In this document: positions 9,401 to 16,423 of the stretch, piece by piece
Numbering within the stretch: position 1 is the first letter of the stretch
Layout: the number at the start of each line of letters is the position of its first letter
Position numbers and translations under genes: made by a program
The notes under the pieces: generated by a model
The model's input: only the letters and a program-made list of their open reading frames with translations
What the model was told of the DNA's origin: nothing
Database searches by the model: none
Assembly: GCA_964371795.1 (NCBI GenBank)
Contig: CAYJON010000002.1
Location: 1-50,347, forward strand
Length of the DNA stretch: 50,347 bases
From: an uncultured Akkermansia sp.
GTDB lineage: Bacteria; Verrucomicrobiota; Verrucomicrobiia; Verrucomicrobiales; Akkermansiaceae
Direction: 5' to 3'

Positions 9401-10045
9401 TTCCCATTCACGGGTCTTGCGCTGCACCTTTTCGAGGTTGGTGATGCAGTTCATGAACTCGGGGTAGGAGATACGCTTTTTAGTAAAGGCGTAGGCAATG
9501 TAGTTCCAGAACTCAAGAATGTTTTTAGGCGTTGTTGGCCAGAGCTCTAGTGAGGCATAACCTGTGATTTCCCAGCGAGGATTGAGGCGGACAAGGTCGT
9601 GATCATGCAGGGTCTGGGAGATGGCAAAGCGGCGGTAGCGCTTTTCCAGCTTGAGAACGAAGTCCGCTTCGCGGTCATCCAGTTCTCTGCCTAACTTTTC
9701 TTCGATCACGTCGACGAGGGGGGTGTCGTCTAGCTCATTGGGGCTTTCGGGCATGTTGACACCGCGGTACATGCGCTCTATCATGGTGGCGACGAGGCAA
9801 ATGCCTACAATATCTTCATCATTAGCAGCGCATGAGCCGTACCAGCGGTTGCCTTGCAGGCGGAGACTGGTGCGATAGACTTCGCCCTTGTATTCCACCC
9901 TGCCTTGAATAAAGAGGTGGTTGCCGAAAATTTGTGTTACACCACCATCTTTTTGGACGCGTTCTCCTTCATCTCTAACGGATTCGGAATAAGCGTTTAA
10001 GAAGTTGAGTGTTGCGCGGTCGGGATTAAGGGATGGAGGTAACAT
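6500..10045 (-). CDS. SNF2-family helicase/ATPase
   Basis: LRPYQ, GGILADDMGLGKT, ILDEGQ, LSGTPIEN, AGGAGLNLT, DPWWNP, QAIDRTHRIGQ. Start chosen at ATG 10045 (ORF track extends to 10153). Confidence 0.93.
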   Translation of the reverse strand: MLPPSLNPDRATLNFLNAYSESVRDEGERVQKDGGVTQIFGNHLFIQGRVEYKGEVYRTSLRLQGNRWYGSCAANDEDIVGICLVATMIERMYRGVNMPESPNELDDTPLVDVIEEKLGRELDDREADFVLKLEKRYRRFAISQTLHDHDLVRLNPRWEITGYASLELWPTTPKNILEFWNYIAYAFTKKRISYPEFMNCITNLEKVQRKTREWEKEKEIGTWYERIQSVNERPPQPPRRPLHMRLVSTINEAHFEYRYDVKEDWVPLRERDELEEIMEEYWKGALKLDPQSDILLNVLYEYVQKDSQIILDLDLESACCIMNRLFHQSSLKGYLVNLDECYFKVVKEPLKWICIDDPIVPDCYGLQLVTSAGIHVSHSVRQLPGLVELYQSDETVFPGPPRWLESTEVEPRYSIPKSVIDSLEGVEFLRKIGATLPNSIEERVEDIEMLPSFKMKIVRGLTSADTEHVLLEVLANDALGRRSERLAKDDWQLVSQKPVKDQCLLRFIRDRLYPIPSLIEEMNFTYDNAVGSFKSRITKQFPEKFADWAKTLDDTIDVEMDSNLHSLLEDPVAAAIRFEVVNQEIDWFDLRIVIDVEGVTLSKEQIRSLVSARGGYVRMDDGRWMRLEIKLDDDQRDAVTRLGLDPFDLSGETHRMHALHLADPRAAEVFDPKAWQRIKDRTSEIRIDVKPDVPTSLQATLRPYQIEGFHFLAYLSVNGFGGILADDMGLGKTIQSITYVLWLREEFERKKPAKGKKKAANTPPVLIVCPKSVLDVWASETNKFAPNIRVLVIRSKDQADVKVIEKDYDMVVINYAQLRVCNEQINTIKWLTVILDEGQQIKNPDSKAAKAARDINSSNRLVLSGTPIENRLLDMWSLMAFAMPGVLGSRAYFKKRFDKRKDLNSQNRLAARLKPFLLRRTKQQVAKDLPPRTEEEVYAKMESVQQQLYKAELRRIQKALLGVDSDESVKKNSFAILQGLMRLRQICCHPGLVDARYAKEESAKLTALFYLLDQLRDAGHKVLVFSQFVSMLEIIRTRLEAENRPYNYLTGQTKDRKSEIERFQTTKDPSVFLLSLKAGGAGLNLTSASYVILYDPWWNPAVESQAIDRTHRIGQKNKVIAYRLLTRDSVEEKIRVLQHQKNQLVTNVLGDEGFASSLDLNDLQFILAHGDDNDEDAPIDV

Positions 10046-10252
10046 TGTGGGATAAAAGGGAATAATGGTAAAGCCTTCAACTGCTTCCCTGCATCGCAGG
10101 GTAAGGTGATGTCTTAGTATGTATATATTAGCAAAACTCTTTGATTCATTCAAGAATTCTTTGACATTTTTTTAAGATTTTTTTTAATTTAGGATATTTC
10201 ACTTCGTCGAAAATATAGCAAAGTATAACGAATTGTATTTGTGTAGCAAAGC

Positions 10253-10285
10253 AAAAACCTCCCACTACCTAAGTAGAGGGAGGTT
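10253..10285 (-). terminator. Intrinsic terminator of the PA14-like gene
   Basis: AACCTCCC-ACTAC...GTAG-AGGGAGGTT stem with an adjacent A5 (U-tract on the minus strand). Confidence 0.7.
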
Positions 10286-10307
10286 GCAATATTGATTAAA
10301 GAAAGAT

Positions 10308-11576
10308 TTATGGGGTTGCTACCCAGACGAGGGAGTCCGCGTCATACTGAGGCCACTCGATACCGCCTAGGACACAGTTGGCTTCTTCTAAAAGCTTGCG
10401 AGTCTCTTCAGGGGTGGGGGTAGAGAGGTCTGTGCGGAAGAGTTGCAGATTGCCTACACCCTTTGCGCCATCGGTTACGTCTTCGATCAGAAGGGCGAAA
10501 CCAAATGCACCACCGGGAACTTCTGAGATGAGGATCTCAATGGGGTAGTCCTTGCCAGCTTCGACTGTGAAGACATCACCAGCGACCAGACCGCCCAGCT
10601 CATTGTTCCACTTGCCGACACCAGGTACTTGGAGGAACTCGTATTCCTTTTTGTCTGCAATCTTGTCATTTTGCACGTCAGAGCGGTATTCTCCAACGTT
10701 GCCGAGGTGGTTGACCTTTGAGCCGTGGGTGGGGTGATTGATCAGGGAAGGAATAGCCCAGCCTGCTTCCAATACTGTCTTGCGGTTAAAGCGAACAGCG
10801 AAGGTGTCATCCCCTGTACCGACAAAGCGGAATTTGCCAGACTTCGGGGCGCGTACTGTGCCACGGTAGACGGCAACCCATGCAGAGGGCTGCACTTTGT
10901 CCTTACACTCATAAGCATAGGGGGCGTATTCCGCCTTGCAGCTAGGCAGCATGAAGCTACCAGAGTAGAGTTTGGTTGGGGACTTGTAGTACTTGGAAAG
11001 TGTGCGCTGATTCCAGCCGTTCATGAAGTCGTGCAAGACCTGAACAATCATTCTGGAGTTCTGTGGGGTGATGCCTGTAGCTGCTCCATTTTGAGTCTGC
11101 TTGAGGTCGTAGAAGGTGCCTTCCAGTGTAGAACCACCTGCGTTACCAGAACCCATGCCGCCATTGCCTTCACCGAGACCATTACCAATGCCGTCACCAC
11201 CGAGGCCATCACCTATACCAACGGACATACCCATTCCGAAGTCGGGTGTGGGCAGGTCATTGGGAGCCATCTGCACATTAGATGTGCTAGTGGACACAAT
11301 AGATGGAGGGGCAATATTTGCAGAAGGGGGTGAGGATTTGGAGGAAAGTTCTTCTACTTTAGGCTTTTTGACGGGAGGCTTGTTGACTGGAGGGGGTTCA
11401 TAGGCTTGGAAAGCTGGCTCTTCCATGCCTTTAATGTAGTCGTGAACGAGGTAGAGGGCTGTGCCACCTGCTATCACAAATCCAAGGGAAATTGCTATGG
11501 ATGAAATTTTGTTGCGCAGCTTGGCGCGGCGCAGGTTATCTTCCGCCTCTTCGCTCATTTGAATGTGTAATGCCAT
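10308..11576 (-). CDS. Membrane-anchored protein with Pro/Ser/Gly linker and PA14-like C-terminal domain
   Basis: N-terminal TM helix, low-complexity linker, APKSGKFRFVGTGDDTFAVRF (PA14-type DD motif). Confidence 0.65.
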   Translation of the reverse strand: MALHIQMSEEAEDNLRRAKLRNKISSIAISLGFVIAGGTALYLVHDYIKGMEEPAFQAYEPPPVNKPPVKKPKVEELSSKSSPPSANIAPPSIVSTSTSNVQMAPNDLPTPDFGMGMSVGIGDGLGGDGIGNGLGEGNGGMGSGNAGGSTLEGTFYDLKQTQNGAATGITPQNSRMIVQVLHDFMNGWNQRTLSKYYKSPTKLYSGSFMLPSCKAEYAPYAYECKDKVQPSAWVAVYRGTVRAPKSGKFRFVGTGDDTFAVRFNRKTVLEAGWAIPSLINHPTHGSKVNHLGNVGEYRSDVQNDKIADKKEYEFLQVPGVGKWNNELGGLVAGDVFTVEAGKDYPIEILISEVPGGAFGFALLIEDVTDGAKGVGNLQLFRTDLSTPTPEETRKLLEEANCVLGGIEWPQYDADSLVWVATP

Positions 11577-11640
11577 AATAAATCTTCTAATGTGTGCAAA
11601 GTGACTATATCAAATATGAAGGCAGATAAAAAGACAGAAA

Positions 11641-11669
11641 TGTCACAAAAGTGTAACAACTCTGTAACA
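11641..11669. promoter_or_regulatory. Triple direct repeat with 11-bp period, OmpR/PhoB-like operator
   Basis: TGTCACA-aaag-TGTAACA-actc-TGTAACA between divergent genes. Confidence 0.5.
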
Positions 11670-11697
11670 AATAAGGCGACGGCTCTATAAGAATGAG

Positions 11698-11726
11698 TTG
11701 CACTGCGTGCGAAACTGTGCTACCAT
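11698..11726 (+). promoter_or_regulatory. Sigma70-like promoter of aroD
   Basis: TTGCAC-17 bp-TACCAT (TG-extended), 9 nt before ATG. Confidence 0.55.
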
Positions 11727-11735
11727 AGGGGTGGT

Positions 11736-12443
11736 ATGAAGGATATCTTTGCTGATAATAAACGGTTTTACCCCCCACGTGTCATTGGTTCTGTCACCCA
11801 ATGGGAGACATGGCGGCAACTCTGCTTGCCCACCAGCATGCCGCCTTGCCATGCCGTGGAATTGCGACTTGATGCGCTACCAGAGCAATTGCAACGGGAT
11901 GATATACTCGCCCATCGTTGCGAAAAACCCACTCTGCTGACTTTTCGTCACGCGGATGAGGGCGGTTTTCGCCCCCTTGCGGAGGAACTGCGCCTAGCGC
12001 AGATGCAGTCCCTGCTGTCTATGTGTGATGCCATTGATTGGGAGATACGCCACCTGTCTACAGCTGATACTCTGTTGCGCAAAGCAAGGAATGCAGGAGT
12101 CCTGCTGGTTGCCTCTCATCATGATTTTGAGAAAACTCCCCAGTTGGAGGAGTTGTTGCAACTCGCGCATTATGCCAGAGAAAAGGGCGCAAACATTGTG
12201 AAGTTTGCCTTCCGTCTCAACAATGCCGAGGATATGCTAGTAGGTGTGCGCCTGCTGGAGCAGTGCCAAGGTCATGTTGCCGTCATGGGCATGGGACCAC
12301 TAGGACCCACCAGCCGCCTGCTTTACGCGCAGTACGGCTCTGCCCTGCATTATGGCTACTTGGGAGAGACACCCTCTGCCCCCGGTCAGTGGTCAGCCCA
12401 TCTCTGTACAGAGGCTTTGGATAATCTCTCTCCCGTCCTATAA
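11736..12443 (+). CDS. aroD: Type I 3-dehydroquinate dehydratase
   Basis: ELRLD, TFR..EGG, SHHDF (catalytic His), IVKFA (Schiff-base Lys), MGMGPLGPTSR, SAPGQ. Confidence 0.93.
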   Translation: MKDIFADNKRFYPPRVIGSVTQWETWRQLCLPTSMPPCHAVELRLDALPEQLQRDDILAHRCEKPTLLTFRHADEGGFRPLAEELRLAQMQSLLSMCDAIDWEIRHLSTADTLLRKARNAGVLLVASHHDFEKTPQLEELLQLAHYAREKGANIVKFAFRLNNAEDMLVGVRLLEQCQGHVAVMGMGPLGPTSRLLYAQYGSALHYGYLGETPSAPGQWSAHLCTEALDNLSPVL

Positions 12444-13628
12444 TCTAATTACGATACGCAGTTTGTAGAGTATCAGGCAGGGGATGAGGATGCAGAACAC
12501 AAAGCTGGAGGAATAGAGCAGCGAGGCGTACTTGTCGCTTTCGCCTATTGCTTCAACGCATACTTCCCAGTAGTACCACTGGTTGAGGTTCCATTCTTTG
12601 CCATCTGGGGCTACCCATTTGAAAATCTGTATGGCAGATTTGGCCAGCAGGTCGGCGAGAATGTAGGCTGTAAGGGGATTCATCCCCATGGCCTTGAGGG
12701 GCATAAAGTACTTGTCCTTGCCGCGTATGTCCGCAAGGTAGATGAGGAAGGCAAGGCATATCATCGCCCAGCCACCTGTCTCCAGCACATAGCTGCCTGT
12801 CCAGAGAGCCTTCACCACGGGCAGGTAGGAGGATAGCATGTAGGCGGCAATGAGACTGATAATCCCCATGCTGTAGAGTCTTGCGACACTCATGATTTGG
12901 CTATCAGATTTGAGTATAATGCGTCCCGCGAGAAAGCCCAGCATGACGCTGGCTGCACTGGAGAGTGTGCCAACAATGCCTTCGGGGTCAAAGGGGATGC
13001 CGTAGCCTGTGTACACATGCTTGATACCGACAAGCATTTCATCTATCTTCCCTGCTCCCTGACCTGCCAAGGTAAAGACTCCCTTTGTGTCATGGTAAGG
13101 AGACGCGCTAGCATCCCCCAGATGCACAAGAAGATACCAATGCAGGGCAATGAGCGCGACGATGCCCGCAAAGATGAGCGATGACTTGCGCAGCAACAGG
13201 ATGAGCAGAGAGCCCAAGACATAGCAGAGGGCAAGACGCTGAAAGACCCCAAAAATGCGCAGCTTTTCATGGAAGGTGCAGAAGTTTTCCCAAAAACTTA
13301 GCTCGGGATTGGGCTGTAGAGGGTAGAAGGGGAAGGCATTGAGCACAATGCCAACTAGGAAGATGAGAGCACCGCGGAAGATGATTTTTCTCAGCGATGA
13401 AAAGGAAAATTGACTGTCGCGTTTGGCAAAGGAAAAGGCCATAGCCGCCCCCATGATGAAGACAAAGAAGGGGAAAACCATGTCGGCTGCCGTCGTGCCT
13501 GACCATGGTTCATGGCGCAGCATGGGGAAGGCGACATTCCATGTACCGGGGTTATTCACTAATATCATGCCTGTGATACTAAGACCACGTAGGATGTCGA
13601 GTGCTGAGTAGCGCGGGGATGTTGTCAT
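12438..13628 (-). CDS. Heparan-alpha-glucosaminide N-acetyltransferase-like (NagX-type) membrane protein
   Basis: ALDILRGLSITGMILVN, H..W.G.TAADMVFPFFVFIMG, GVFQRLA, FDPEG, KALWT. Confidence 0.88.
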   Translation of the reverse strand: MTTSPRYSALDILRGLSITGMILVNNPGTWNVAFPMLRHEPWSGTTAADMVFPFFVFIMGAAMAFSFAKRDSQFSFSSLRKIIFRGALIFLVGIVLNAFPFYPLQPNPELSFWENFCTFHEKLRIFGVFQRLALCYVLGSLLILLLRKSSLIFAGIVALIALHWYLLVHLGDASASPYHDTKGVFTLAGQGAGKIDEMLVGIKHVYTGYGIPFDPEGIVGTLSSAASVMLGFLAGRIILKSDSQIMSVARLYSMGIISLIAAYMLSSYLPVVKALWTGSYVLETGGWAMICLAFLIYLADIRGKDKYFMPLKAMGMNPLTAYILADLLAKSAIQIFKWVAPDGKEWNLNQWYYWEVCVEAIGESDKYASLLYSSSFVFCILIPCLILYKLRIVIRL

Positions 13629-14719
13629 GGCGTGGGTGTTAATTTTTCTTTATTAACGCGTTCAAAGTCAATGTTTATTTTGTTGGGTTGAGAGTTCTCG
13701 TAGAGTACACCTAGTTCCTTGTCATTCAACTCTAGGAGGTTGGAGTAGGCGTGGAAGCCATTGCGCAGCTTGTACACTGACGGCCATGTTTTGCCCGCGT
13801 CGCTGCTGGTGAATATGCTCAGGTTCTGGCGTTTTTTCTCCACACCGGGGCAGGAGAAGTAAAGGCGGTTTTCTACCTTGCTGTCGCTGATAAGAGAGCC
13901 TTGGCAGACCACGGGTACAATGTCATTTGAGGGTTGTTCATCTGTCCATGTTTTACCCCCATCTTGGGAGTAACGGAAGAGACGCTTTGCCATGCCCGAC
14001 TGGCTGCGGAAGGCCTGTACTAGTAGGTTGGGCGCAGCCTCGGCAATGGAGCTTTCGTTGGCGGACAGATTGCCATCAGTTGCCGCGCCCCTCTGCCATG
14101 TCTTGCCCTCGTCATCGGAGTAAAAGCAAGAGCCCTCGTACTTCACCTTGCCATCTGCTTTGAGGCTGTGATTGGTGGGTATGATGATGCGTCCCTTGTA
14201 ATCGCCTTTTTCTATAACAATGGCGTTGCAAGGACCAGTGGCAAACCAGCCCCAGTCCTTGTCTCGCGCCTGAGAGGTGATATTGGTCGCAGTGCTCCAT
14301 GTCTTGCCATCATCATCAGAGTGCTGGACATAGACTTCTCTGGATACGCCCTTGTGCATGTTGTCATGCTCACTGCCAGAGCTGCCGCAGGAAATGAGGA
14401 GAATACGCCCCGAAGGCAAAACGACTGGCGCGGGATTACCGCAGGTATTTTTCCCATCATCGCGGACAAGGATGATGTCTTGCCAAGTCTTTCCCTTGTC
14501 TACAGAACGCTTGAGCACGAGGTCGATGTCACCATGGTCAGCTGCACTGTTGACTCTCCCCTCTGCAAAGGCTAGCAGTGTGCCTTCCTTGCTCTTGACT
14601 AGGGCGGGTATGCGGTAACTGGCATAGGCGTCCTCACCAGAGATGAATACAGAAGTGGGCTCTTGGGCATGGGTGATGCCCAAGAGGGATAAACACAGGA
14701 TGCTGAGCGCGTGCTTCAT
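13625..14719 (-). CDS. Exo-alpha-sialidase, GH33
   Basis: Signal peptide; YRIP motif; five Asp-boxes SxDxGKTW; ANES and AYS (Tyr nucleophile). Confidence 0.92.
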   Translation of the reverse strand: MKHALSILCLSLLGITHAQEPTSVFISGEDAYASYRIPALVKSKEGTLLAFAEGRVNSAADHGDIDLVLKRSVDKGKTWQDIILVRDDGKNTCGNPAPVVLPSGRILLISCGSSGSEHDNMHKGVSREVYVQHSDDDGKTWSTATNITSQARDKDWGWFATGPCNAIVIEKGDYKGRIIIPTNHSLKADGKVKYEGSCFYSDDEGKTWQRGAATDGNLSANESSIAEAAPNLLVQAFRSQSGMAKRLFRYSQDGGKTWTDEQPSNDIVPVVCQGSLISDSKVENRLYFSCPGVEKKRQNLSIFTSSDAGKTWPSVYKLRNGFHAYSNLLELNDKELGVLYENSQPNKINIDFERVNKEKLTPTP

Positions 14720-14729
14720 TTCGAGAATT

Positions 14730-15176
14730 TTAATTGAGATATGATTTGTAGAAGTTTTCGCAAGCGGCCTTTAAGCCTGCATTTTTGGTAAAGTTTTCCG
14801 TGTTGAGCTTCTCCGTGATGCTTTTTATTTTTTCATCTTGCGCGGATATGCGCTTGCCGATTTCGGGGCCTTTCATTTCTGTGAAGAGGCTTTGTCTTTC
14901 CATATCACTCAGTGCTTTGATGCTTTCGGCTGCCTTCGATTTGAGTTGTTCGAATAGTACAATCTGATTTTCTACAAGGCTCTGGGTCTCTACGGCTGTT
15001 ATCTTTCCTGCGAGATAGTCATCAATGGTCTGGGTGTAAGTATCAATGCATGCGAATATGTCCAAGAGGCGAGCCATTGCTGCATCTACCTTGCTGACTT
15101 CTGCTGATTCTTGGGCTTGAACAAGGGCAGGTGTCGCACAGAGTGCGCAGAGGGTGTAGATTTGAAGTGATTTCAT
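14730..15176 (-). CDS. Secreted helical hypothetical protein
   Basis: 148 aa, signal peptide ending VQA; first gene of the sialidase operon. Confidence 0.75.
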   Translation of the reverse strand: MKSLQIYTLCALCATPALVQAQESAEVSKVDAAMARLLDIFACIDTYTQTIDDYLAGKITAVETQSLVENQIVLFEQLKSKAAESIKALSDMERQSLFTEMKGPEIGKRISAQDEKIKSITEKLNTENFTKNAGLKAACENFYKSYLN

Positions 15177-15185
15177 ATGCTATAC

Positions 15186-15214
15186 ACTCTAGCATAATCA
15201 TCACGGTATGACAA
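15186..15214 (-). promoter_or_regulatory. Sigma70-like promoter of the sialidase operon
   Basis: TTGTCA-17 bp-TAGAGT (TG-extended), 9 nt before ATG. Confidence 0.6.
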
Positions 15215-15217
15215 TAC

Positions 15218-15250
15218 AAAACGGCATTGTTTCCGAAGAAACAATGCCGT
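15218..15250 (-). terminator. Intrinsic terminator after the hisG-bS22 unit
   Basis: Perfect 13-bp stem ACGGCATTGTTTC / GAAACAATGCCGT; loop reads UUCG on the minus strand; short U-tract. Confidence 0.85.
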
Positions 15251-15300
15251 GAAAAAAATATCCTCGCTTTGCGTCGAGACGTGAAGTCAAGGCGCGTTGC

Positions 15301-15405
15301 TTAGGATTTGTAACGCAAACGCTTTTTGTGGCGGTTTCTGCGCATGCGCTTGCTGCGCTTGTGCTTGTTGATTTTAGCCTTACGTCTCTTTTTAAGCGAA
15401 CCCAT
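15301..15405 (-). CDS. Small basic protein of the AURKAIP1/COX24 family (ribosomal bS22/mS38-like), 34 aa
   Basis: Hand translation MGSLKKRRKAKINKHKRSKRMRRNRHKKRLRYKS*; below the ORF-track size cut-off; followed by a terminator. Confidence 0.88.
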   Translation of the reverse strand: MGSLKKRRKAKINKHKRSKRMRRNRHKKRLRYKS

Positions 15406-15479
15406 AATATGCTAGTTTAGTTATTGTGTTGTTATTTTCTCTATTGGGAGAGGGGGAGTGCTCTTCTTGCTGCTATCCC

Positions 15480-16355
15480 TTAGTGGATGAGCTTGTTGAG
15501 CGGGTATTCGATGATGCCTTCTGCGCCCAGAGCCTTGAGCTGTGGGATGATTTCGCGGGCTACTGCTTCATCAATGACTGTTTCGATGGCTACCCAACCC
15601 TTTTCTGTGAGGGGGGAGACCGTAGGACGGCGCAGGGAGGGAAGCTTTTCGACGAGTGTCTCAATGTTTGCCTCGGGGAGGTTAAGCTTCAGACCGACCT
15701 TGTCGCGTGCTTCCAAAGCGCCCTTGAGCATCATGACGATGTTGGCAAGCTTTTCGCGCTTCCACTCATCATCATTTGCTTCCTTGTTCGCGATGAACTG
15801 AGGATAGGAAGTCATGAGGGTGTCCACGATGCGCAGCTTGTTAGCGCGGATGGAAGAGCCTGTCTCTGTGATGTCAACGATGGCATCGACCAAATCAGGC
15901 ACTTTTACCTCCGTTGCACCCCAAGAGAATTCTACTTGGGCATTGACGCCATGTTCTTTGAGCCAACGTTCTGTGATGCCTACACCTTCTGTTGCGATGC
16001 GCTTGCCCTCCATGTCAGCCACTGTTTGAATGGGGCTGTTTTCGGGGACGATGAGCACCCAGCGCGTGGGCATGCTGGTGGCCTTGGAGTACTGCAAGTC
16101 GGTGAGGACATCAACGTCAGCGCAGTTTTCATAGATCCAGTCGCGACCAGTGATGCCAGCATCAATGAAGCCTTGATGGACATAACGACCAATCTCTTGT
16201 GCTCTGATGAGGTAGAGTTCAAGTGAGGAATCGTCGCAGGTAGGCTTGTAGCTGCGGCTGGAGACCACAACATTGAAACCTGCCTTGCGGAATAGGTCCA
16301 CGGTAGCATCTTGGAGGCTACCCTTTGGGATTGCGAGTTTGAGCTTTTTTGACAT
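15480..16355 (-). CDS. hisG: ATP phosphoribosyltransferase, long form
   Basis: [44 protein letters not shown]-terminal regulatory domain. Confidence 0.97.
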   Translation of the reverse strand: MSKKLKLAIPKGSLQDATVDLFRKAGFNVVVSSRSYKPTCDDSSLELYLIRAQEIGRYVHQGFIDAGITGRDWIYENCADVDVLTDLQYSKATSMPTRWVLIVPENSPIQTVADMEGKRIATEGVGITERWLKEHGVNAQVEFSWGATEVKVPDLVDAIVDITETGSSIRANKLRIVDTLMTSYPQFIANKEANDDEWKREKLANIVMMLKGALEARDKVGLKLNLPEANIETLVEKLPSLRRPTVSPLTEKGWVAIETVIDEAVAREIIPQLKALGAEGIIEYPLNKLIH

Positions 16356-16423
16356 GCGGGTGGATATATAACTATAAAGCTATGGTTTTGTCAAGCCGAA
16401 AGATGGAGAAAGAGGCGAAAAAA

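Noticed and set aside
15426..16226. 266-aa plus-strand ORF, and similar ones at 7952-8698, 10725-11333, 17910-18554 and 22529-23230
   Set aside because: Antisense shadows of well-supported genes, expected from codon bias
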